Program-made: the position numbers and the translations under genes
Source of the DNA: a virus
Virus record (IMG/VR): IMGVR_UViG_3300026076_000001
Direction: 5' to 3' (one strand)
Length of the DNA: 64,000 nt
In this document: positions 44,784 to 54,100 of the stretch, in pieces
Layout of the letters: every line of letters starts with the position of its first letter
How positions within the stretch are numbered: position 1 is the first letter of the stretch
The notes under the pieces: model-generated
Database searches by the model: none
What the model was told of the DNA's origin: nothing
What the model saw: only the letters and a program-made list of their open reading frames with translations

Positions 44784-45427
44784 TAGACTGATACCTCCAT
44801 AACACTGGCAATACAGTCTAGAGAACTTACCGTGTCACATTTAACTAGAATTTCGTCACCCAGTCCTACCTCTACTTTAACTATAGCATCACCAGATGTG
44901 TGAGTAGTAGGAGTTGAGTTTGCTTGTGCTCTATCAACGTTGAGAGTAGTATCTCCAGCACCAGCTAAAGAAGTAATCTTTAAAATCTCATTGTTGATCT
45001 TAATATAATCCTGTGCAAGCAGTTTCGGACCTGTGTTGTCACTGATAGTGATTGATACAACACTAGGAGATGTCACGTTAGCAGCAAGAGTATCACTGAC
45101 AGCTGGGGTCGAATCCCTATATGCGTCTTCGTTATACTCTAAAATGATTTTCTGACCCTGCATAACTTCAAATGCAGATCCAGCTGGGATAGGTACATTC
45201 TTTACAATCATCACAACATCCTTAGGATATTGAGGATCGATGCTGAATGCTGGATACCTATTGATTGATACTTCAGCAATCACCGCCGTTTGGGTGGTGT
45301 TTGATAGGTTGCATCCAATAATAACTGTTTGCTTCTCAGTTTGTGTTCCTTGAAGTTCAACAGCATATATGGAAGTCGTAGATGTTCCTACGTTTTGTTT
45401 TGAAGTTGAGATGAATTTATTTGCCAT
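44783..45427 (-). CDS. accessory structural protein MANKF-type with inserted module (214 aa)
   Basis: MANKF...VIIGCNLSN...IVKNVPIPAGSA...KIILE, insertion, then GDEILV...SLDCIASVMEV. Confidence 0.7.
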   Translation of the reverse strand: MANKFISTSKQNVGTSTTSIYAVELQGTQTEKQTVIIGCNLSNTTQTAVIAEVSINRYPAFSIDPQYPKDVVMIVKNVPIPAGSAFEVMQGQKIILEYNEDAYRDSTPAVSDTLAANVTSPSVVSITISDNTGPKLLAQDYIKINNEILKITSLAGAGDTTLNVDRAQANSTPTTHTSGDAIVKVEVGLGDEILVKCDTVSSLDCIASVMEVSV

Positions 45428-45433
45428 TGTTAA

Positions 45434-46087
45434 TTAACCGAGAGCGATAGCAAGTGCAGTAGCGTCAAGACCCGCTTCAACAGATACACCGACCTGTGCA
45501 GCAAGGGTATTCACCTCAGCCTGCAATTCATTGATCGCATTAACGAGGTTTGCTTTGTTTTGAGTAGTTAAGTTAGAGAGATTACCGATAGTAATATCTT
45601 TAATCTCATTGATAGCAGCGACAATACTAGATTTAGATGTTGTGCTTAAATTGGAAAGAACACCAATAATGATATCCTTTGTTTCATTAAGAGCAGCCAC
45701 CAAACTTGTATGATCAGCGATGTTTGCTGATAAACCTGCAAGGTTACCAACATCTTGATCAAGTTCATTGAGTGCATTAACAATACTAGTTTTATCAGTA
45801 GTTGTCAGTGATGACAATGATTTGATAATAGTATCAGTAATATAGTTAATTGCTTCGACAACATTGTCTTTATCATTAGCGGGAATTTCGTTAGTGATAG
45901 AAGCAATTGGACCTAACTCAGTGTCTAACTCAATAAGACAATCAGTAATAGTCTGTGCAACTAAATTGTTAGCTACAGACTGGGCAATAACTTTGCCAGA
46001 AAAATCACCGTTGTCAACACCGATCTCGTTGATCTCGACACGTTGTTGTTCAAAGGTAAATGTTTTGTCTACTGTTCTTACTGGCAT
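45434..46087 (-). CDS. fibre-like protein with tandem AINE repeats, ending ALAIALG
   Basis: About five 24-27 aa repeats of L-x-x-L-x-T-x-x-K-x-x-I/L-V-x-A-I/L-N-E; late promoter TATAAATA 46110-46117. Confidence 0.75.
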   Translation of the reverse strand: MPVRTVDKTFTFEQQRVEINEIGVDNGDFSGKVIAQSVANNLVAQTITDCLIELDTELGPIASITNEIPANDKDNVVEAINYITDTIIKSLSSLTTTDKTSIVNALNELDQDVGNLAGLSANIADHTSLVAALNETKDIIIGVLSNLSTTSKSSIVAAINEIKDITIGNLSNLTTQNKANLVNAINELQAEVNTLAAQVGVSVEAGLDATALAIALG

Positions 46088-46117
46088 TAGACTCTAGGGT
46101 GCTCGGTTTTATTTATA

Positions 46118-47659
46118 TTAGGCAGTAATGAGGTCTCTGTAATACTTGATAGTATTAGTAGCGTATACTGGTGTGAAGATAATTTCAATGTTTGCTCCAT
46201 TAAATTGTGCAGAAATGGTACCTAAACCACCCTGTGCAATTCCACCTGAAGTCATAGTTGCATATTCTTCAATGTAAATGTCTGTTCCATCGTGAAGGAT
46301 AAGAACTTCTTTTACCTGAGTATATGCACCAGATGTGCATTGAACAACATACTTACCACTAGTGTAACTAGCAGTAGCAAACTGGTCGATCACAGCAGCA
46401 GTAATAGAAGCAGTAGTTGCTGTTCCTGCATCAGATCCACGAATATCCTTAACGGTAATAAGAGAATCTGCTTGATCGTTATAACGAATTTTTTCGTCTC
46501 CACCTAAGCATAGACCCATTTGGTCAGCTGCTGGACGGTAGAAACCATTGTCTTGGTCTTGATAGAAACTAATACCTGGAATAGCTTCGGTACCGTCACC
46601 AGCACCAGTGAAACCAGACAGGTTAGTTAGTCCATTACCATCTCCAATGAATGCAGTTGCACCAACAGTACCGTTGACTTGCATTATCTGTGCAAGAGCA
46701 TTGTTTGGATCTTGTCCAATACCAATCTTGTTATTGGTAGGATCTAACTTAAACAGTGCAACGTTAGAACCAGATGGTTCCATTGTTACAACTGCACCGT
46801 CAAACTTGACGTATGAGTTAGCACCTGAAACATCGATTTCAACTGCATCGATGTTAGACTGTAAAGTACCTAATGTATAAGTTACATCACCAACAGTACT
46901 ACCAGTAAAACTACCAGTACCTAGTGCGAACTTATCTTCTGATTCATCAAATCCAATAAAAGCGTTGTCTTCACTACCACGCTCAATTACCAGACCAGAG
47001 TCACCAGTTGGTGCTCCTACAATACCATTACCAAGTTCTATTAGTTTGTCACCGATTACGGTGTTAGTTGTAGTGATAGTTGAAGTACCACCTAGTACAG
47101 TCAACTCACCATTGATTACGACATTATTAGCAACTTCTAAATCTTGTGTTGGGTTTCCAACTCCGATACCGACTTTACCTTCTCCTGTAACAACTAATGC
47201 ATCAGTTACTGAGTTAACTCCACTACCACTACCTCCAGCAGCAGGTGCAGTCTTTACTCGAACAAATCCACCTGAAGCAGATCCTGTTCCAGATCCACCA
47301 GCTATAATTAAGTCTGATCCAGCAACGTCTGTACCACTAGCGTCATCCCTACTAACTTTACCAGTAACAGAAAGAGTAGTAGCAACCGATGCTGCATTAA
47401 AACTGAACGTACTTGTTCCATCTATCTTAGGTGGTGTGACAGCACCATCCTGTATAACTGAAGTTCCAACAGCTTCTAGTCCACCAGTAGAACTTAGTTT
47501 TTGAACTGTAATACTGTTGTCAGCTAGTTTTAACGTGGTGACTGCACCATTTCTGATAGTAGAAGTGGTGACCGCCTGGGTACCGACTCCGCTATCTAGC
47601 TTTGAGTCACTAACCAGCCCATCGTTCAAACCAGTTCTTCTGATTCTTGTTAGAGCCAT
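46118..47659 (-). CDS. tail fibre-like protein (513 aa)
   Basis: AVTTxKLADxSIT collagen-free fibre repeats, DKLIELG...SGLVIERG, PGISF..D.DNGFY, C-terminal HDGTD module; late promoter TATAAATA 47684-47691. Confidence 0.75.
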   Translation of the reverse strand: MALTRIRRTGLNDGLVSDSKLDSGVGTQAVTTSTIRNGAVTTLKLADNSITVQKLSSTGGLEAVGTSVIQDGAVTPPKIDGTSTFSFNAASVATTLSVTGKVSRDDASGTDVAGSDLIIAGGSGTGSASGGFVRVKTAPAAGGSGSGVNSVTDALVVTGEGKVGIGVGNPTQDLEVANNVVINGELTVLGGTSTITTTNTVIGDKLIELGNGIVGAPTGDSGLVIERGSEDNAFIGFDESEDKFALGTGSFTGSTVGDVTYTLGTLQSNIDAVEIDVSGANSYVKFDGAVVTMEPSGSNVALFKLDPTNNKIGIGQDPNNALAQIMQVNGTVGATAFIGDGNGLTNLSGFTGAGDGTEAIPGISFYQDQDNGFYRPAADQMGLCLGGDEKIRYNDQADSLITVKDIRGSDAGTATTASITAAVIDQFATASYTSGKYVVQCTSGAYTQVKEVLILHDGTDIYIEEYATMTSGGIAQGGLGTISAQFNGANIEIIFTPVYATNTIKYYRDLITA

Positions 47660-47686
47660 TGCTTTAGACGATTCCTATGTGAGTAT

Positions 47687-47890
47687 TTATAGTTTTGAAA
47701 GGACTTCTTTTAAAAGACCCTTTATTTCATCTATCTCTTGCTTGAGATTTTTTAAATCCTCTGCATTTGTAGTTGATTGAAGAGCCAAAGATCTTTGTCT
47801 CCTGTATGCTTCAAATGCTTGTTTATCGGTATTAATAACAGCTCCAGTTACAGAATCCTTAGATAATTCTGGGTGTCCTGTAACTTTCAT
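47687..47890 (-). CDS. conserved small coiled-coil protein (67 aa)
   Basis: KVTGHPEL..D..TGAVINTD followed by a heptad tail. Confidence 0.75.
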   Translation of the reverse strand: MKVTGHPELSKDSVTGAVINTDKQAFEAYRRQRSLALQSTTNAEDLKNLKQEIDEIKGLLKEVLSKL

Positions 47891-48099
47891 CGATCTGAAA
47901 AATACCTTTCAACAACTTGAAGTCTCTCATCCCATTGAGCGATCATATTGATCTCAGTTTCCATAGCACCCAAGATATCGGAATGTTCTCCAATACCAGC
48001 AGGGTTCTGTAAATATATTTCAACATTAGCTTTGTGCTTTTCAATTTGACCTTGATAGTAAGCACGTAAAGCGTTAATGGTATTTGCTCTTGTAGACAT
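47887..48099 (-). CDS. conserved small protein (70 aa)
   Basis: IEKHKANVEIYLQNPAGIGEHSDI motif. Confidence 0.75.
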   Translation of the reverse strand: MSTRANTINALRAYYQGQIEKHKANVEIYLQNPAGIGEHSDILGAMETEINMIAQWDERLQVVERYFSDR

Positions 48100-48101
48100 A
48101 A

Positions 48102-51100
48102 TTAGAAAGTGGCGATAGCACGGAGATCTCTTATTCGAGGAGGTAGAGCAGGGTTTCTACTCTTCATTACAATTTTAATAGCGAATGAACTAAACTCTTT
48201 CAACCCAGTAATAGTATAATTGTACTCCTTGAAATCTGATTGAGATTCCGTAGTTGGAGAGAAATTAGTACCACTGGAAGGTGTAACCTCTACATCTGAA
48301 ACACCTGTCTTATTAAAGTAGCTCCAGTTAATATCCTTAAAGAATATTTGTTGTGATGAACGTTTAGTCTTATACATCACGGTCACATCATCTATTTCCT
48401 GTAGTGCAGCACTTAACACAACGTTAATACTATTACCAGGATTATCGATTGAGATTTCCTTTGTAACATATGTAGCTACGTTAGAGGAATTTTTCAACCT
48501 ATCAGGTGTGAATAGATATCCATTAGAAACATAAACCTGTTTAATGCTTACAGGAACTTTAAATGATTCGTTAATTATAGAAACTCCACCTTCATAAAGT
48601 CCATCAGAAACTGCACCAGATCCCATCAAGTCACTCTCATCGAATGAAGAATCATTAGATGTGAATGTCAATCTAAAGTTTTCTGCATTCCAACGAGTAA
48701 CAGTACCAGTCTTAGAGTCATCACTATTAGCAAGTTTAATACCAGAAGCAATATTCAACTGTGCTAATGGTAAACTACCTGTAATTGTAATTGGTCTCGT
48801 TAGACTTAAATTACCCGAAGCAGCACCTGTTGATCCAGAAGAACCATTCAAGTCAGCATTGTATGGTGAAGATCCACCAAACTCGATGGATTCTCCAAGA
48901 ACAAATCCATCTCCTTCTGTAATTCTAACATAAAGTTCACCAGGAGTGCTAGAGTTATCCCAATAAGAAAGTATTGCTCTAGTACCAGAAGTTAGACCTT
49001 TAATTGTCTCACCAATACCATTACTAACAACAATATTAGCAGTAGTACCTAGAGGAATAGGACTTCCAGCACTATCTTGTAAGCGAAGCATTACTGTCTT
49101 ATGTAATTCTACTTCTTGTATCTTTCTACCATATCTTTCTTCAGAACCACTAGCAGATTCAATACGGTTTGATGTTAATATAGCCTTAGGATTCTTAAGA
49201 CTTAAGATGGGTGAAAGATTAGGATTGCTAGTGCTAAGAGTTGCGGTAAGGATAAACGATTTTTGACTGTTAAGTCTACTACTGAATAATTTTTCATTAA
49301 GTTTAGATGCTACAACTCTTTGAGTTGGGAAATAGTACTCCTTATTCAATATAACTGGCAATGCAGAATCTGGAGTATAATCAACCGTAGTAACAGCAGA
49401 GTCTATTGGTTTAACTAATGTAGATGTTACAGCAGTTTCCAACGTAGTAGTTGGGAAATCTAAAGAATCTACTTTAAGTAATGCTTTCTCATACTTAGTT
49501 TGACCTAAGCCTTTAACTTTGAGTCCACCACCAATGGCACTACCACCTGCGACTGTTGACATCCCAACAGTATAAAAATCAAGACCAGCAGATAGAACTG
49601 AGAAGATCTGACGATTTAATGCAGTAGTAGAGAATCCTCCTACGGATGATGCATCTTTAAGTGCAACGTAGGATCCCGCATTCAAACCGTGATTTTTATG
49701 TAAGACTTTAACAACCTTGTTATTAGCAGCAAACAAAGGACTGGATGTAGTATTAGCTCCAAGTGCATTTGTTTCGATAGGATTGGATTGTAAAGGTTCA
49801 TATCCTTGATCCATATTCACTAGATTGATAACACCTGAATGTGTGGTATCAAACTGTGCCATATAAAGGTCAAACTTTAGATCCTCATATTGATTCTCAG
49901 TCCAGAGGTTAGAGTTCTGAGACTTGAACAGAGATCCAAGTAGAGGTTGTGTGGTAACAGTAGAGTTAGAGTTAATCTCTGTCTCACCTAACCTAGAGAT
50001 AAATGTTTGGTATAGCGTGCTGTTACTTTCAACAACTACAGCATACTCTCTATCATTCTCTAAGTAAATAGGATACTGGAACTGGAATTTGGTTGGAATA
50101 AGTGCTTTATCTGAAGTAGCAACACCCATTCTTACAGCAGGTTTTGTAATCTTAAGAACTGCTTTAGCAGAAGATAATTGAGTTGCAGAAGCACTTACAA
50201 TCAACACACTAGGTGCAGTAGTGTACTCACTACCACCTAAAGTAGGTTGAATTTCATATACTTTCTGATCTGTGATCTGTGGAACAGCAGTTGCTGTAAC
50301 ACCACCAGGTAATTGAGGTGACTCAATTGTGACAGTTGTAGAACCTGCATATCCATCACCCATATCATCAACAACGATCTCAGAAACGTAACCAGAATCA
50401 AGAACGATCTGCATCTTAACGATGTCATCACCAGATCTTGAGTTATTAGCTACGGTCAATGATGTAAGAACTAGAGGTTCACCTGCAATGAAGTCCTCTT
50501 TATTGTGATCTCCAAGAATTAAAGTATAAACTTGTGATGTACCTAGGGTATAAGTATCATTGACCACAGGTACTGGTTGATTCTGTGAATCAAGTACACC
50601 AATTAATGGTCCTTGAGCATTAGAAGTATCACCTTCAACGATCTCATTATGAATTAATGTATGGCTACCACTAGTGATTGCTCTAATATAAGTATTGGAT
50701 TCCATTACAGAAACAGATCCAGGAAGAATATTCTTAGTAGGTCTGCCTGAAATAGTATCTGTCAATTTGACAGTAATAGGTAGTGTAGGATCCTTGACTG
50801 AGAAGTACATATCAATAGATGATACAAATACTCCACCATCAAAACTCTCAACACGGAATGTTTGTGCTAGAGGGTCAGATACACTAACATCTGGATTTAA
50901 GATGTTCTCAGTATACTGAGTACCATCTACCTTATCAGCAGAATCAACATCTTCCAAAGCAATGATGTCATTTGGAGTTGGTTCAGATGTAGCAGCAGCT
51001 TTGAAAGTTACAACAGCGTGTGACTCAGCAGTTGATGCATTAGTATTGCTACTTGTAAACTTAATCTTCTTATCACCTAATGGGAAACGTAATCCAGGAG

Positions 51101-54100
51101 CAGTTTCATCCCAAGTAATTGCATCGATGTCATCTTCATACTGAGTTCCTTTAGTTGGCTTTCTACCTGAAGGCATCAAGATAACACCAGTTGCTGCACC
51201 AGTATCATCAGTAACTAAAGTATCACCCCAATTTCTAAGAGATGATCCAGGCATTCCTGAATAGTTACGATCTGGTACTAGGTAATCAGAAACATCCAAT
51301 CCATCAATGAAAGGATAGATCCTAGTATTAGGCTTCATCCTCTTAAGATGGAATTCAATATATTGTTCTTTAACGTATAGTGTAATAGCAGTACTAATTG
51401 TTTGCTCACCAACAGTAGTTGAAGACTGTTGAAGTGGAACCTCAGTATTCTGAGCAGCAATATTAGAACTACTACCAGAAGATGCTAGAACTACCTCAGA
51501 TTCAGGTAGATCAGGTGCGTCAGAACTTAGAGAATTAACGTTACTAAATTCTGTACTATTACCTGTAACAGCTAGCTGAGTTACATTATGAATTTGAGAT
51601 AGAGCATTCTCTCCATCATCATAGATCTCTAGAGGATCTAGTGTTTGGTTATCATTATTGTTGATAGATGGAAGAGCGTGCTCATCAAACCAAGGATCAA
51701 CATTAGGACTAATTTCTACAGTTCCTTTATAATTGAAAATAAGGAATGGATTAACAACTGTTGTATTTGTAGCAAAGATGTTCTGACATAGAACCTTCTC
51801 TGTAAATGGTAGAGTTACTACACCGTGATTAACAACATAGTTAGAAAGAGTACGTGCGGTACTAGATTTATCTTGTTCAACTAATGATACAGTAGTTTCT
51901 TTTGACTCAGGACGTAGAGTACCACGTGTTAAATCTAGTGCTGCTTTATAATCAACAGAGTTAATATGTGAAAGACTATAGCTTTCAAAGTTATCAACTA
52001 CGAAACCAGACTTGAATCTATCCATTCCAGTCTGACCGTCTTTGATTTGAGTGTTTAGAGCACCTTGCTCTAGAACAGAAAGCATTGTGTATCTTTCTAG
52101 ACGTTCAACTTTCTTTTCGAGTTTATGGATATCACGCATTGTGAATCGCTTATTCTCTACTGGGAAGATCTTAACTTTCTTAAGATTGTCAGTGAACGCA
52201 GGGATATAGATCTTAAAGACCTTAATCGCTTCGTCTAGAGATACAGAAGATTGTGGGTTTGTTGATCCAGCACCCTTCTTAACTGCGAAGGTACCATCTT
52301 TCTTTAAGTAGACAGTATCGATACGATCAACATAATAATTATAAGAACAACTAAAGGTAAAAGGAGTTCCAATGCTAGTTTTAGTGTCAGCAGGAAGAGC
52401 AGCAGTAACACCACCAGCCGTATATACTTCAGAAACATTTGATCCTGTATCCATTACAGAGGCGTTTACATAGCCAGGAATACTGGCTGAAGTTCCGACC
52501 AAAGGACGGAAGTCAATAACATCAGCAAGACTCTTCTTACCGTGAACCAATGATGTTACTGTAGGAATTGATTCATAAGGAACACCATTCTCGTGTAGAT
52601 AAGAATCTACAGTAAAGAAGTCTCCTTCTGAATGCTTGAAGTAATCAAAACCAATGACTAATGTGCCAGTTGGAACTCTGACTCCAGGCTTCCTAATAAT
52701 AGTAGCAGTATCATACAGGTTATCCCTTTGACCATCGTCAAACAAGAAGAAATCTGTAATATTTGTACCAGTGTTACCTAGAATGTTTCCATCTTCATCG
52801 ACAGTAGGAGCAATTCCAGGAGTACCCTCATATACATAACGCAAATTATATACATCAGAGAAAGATTTAACCTGTCCTGTAGGATTATCATAATCATCAC
52901 CTCTCAAAGGAATAATAGTATTATCTAAGTCAGCAGTAAGAGAGATTCTCTTATTCTTAGTTGCTGTCTTAAGTTTTGGTTTTGCTTTGGTAGTTTCGAT
53001 GGTGGCATTCATCTTCAACTTCATACCTGTAAGTTGTAAGTTGCCACTTTGTACAAAGTAATTCTCTGGAAGTGTAATTACCAAAGAACCAGCATTATTA
53101 GTAGAGGATCCACTAGTTACACTGACCATAGATGAATCAATGTATAGTAAATCACCATCTTGAACTACATCACCAGTAAGACTACCATAACGAATAGTAT
53201 CAGTACCTGATTCATATACTTCTATAACATAGTCACCTTGACTGAATGGTACAAATTGCTGTTGACCATAATCTAACTGTGCAGCAATACTAACAGTATT
53301 ATTAGTACCATCTATAGTTACAGGTTCAATGAACTGCTTTCTAGAATAATATGTAATACCACTATCATCATCACTCTTAATTGTACCAGCTATCTTAGAG
53401 TTAGCTAGTGGTAATAGAAGTGTTGATTTACCTGAGTTTTCAATCTTAGCTCTAACACGAGTAATAGTATTAGAAGAGAATCCTTTAATAAGACGTTGCT
53501 TAAGATATATTCTACCTGGTCTATCAGTTGATGGATTACAAGCACGATAAACCTCATACTTATAAGTAACACCATCTACAGTGATCTGTATAAGATCATC
53601 TTCTACTAGTTCATCACCAGGACGTGCACTGTAGTTTGTTGCCTCAACATAATCTGTATCTTCCTTACCAGAATACTGTAGATTATTACTAATAGTCTTA
53701 AGATCAGTAGAATCTGGTTCACCATACTGAATATCACCAGTAAATTTCTTACTAGTTGCACCGTGCTCCATACCAAGAGAACGAATGTCCTCAATACCAA
53801 AGTTTTGGATTACATCTGTATACAATACAGCTCTAACATATGCGTTTTCATCTACTGCACTATGTGTTCCACCAGTATCTACAACTTCTAGCATAGGAGG
53901 AACAGCAAAAGTATCAATAATCTCTCTTCTTCCTAATTCTGTGAAACGAACATTACGGATGTAATCAGATTGTCCATTAATACCATTAGCACCTATATTT
54001 CTAGAGCAAACAATATAGTTACTAAGATATTGTCTGTCTCCAACTTTTAATTCTAGGTTATTACTTGGACCATAGTTCTCTCCACCATAAGGAACGATGA

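Noticed and set aside
35151-47659. Possible diversity-generating retroelement or invertible fibre cassette
   Set aside because: No reverse transcriptase, recombinase, near-identical TR/VR pair or flanking inverted repeats seen; similarities are at protein level only.
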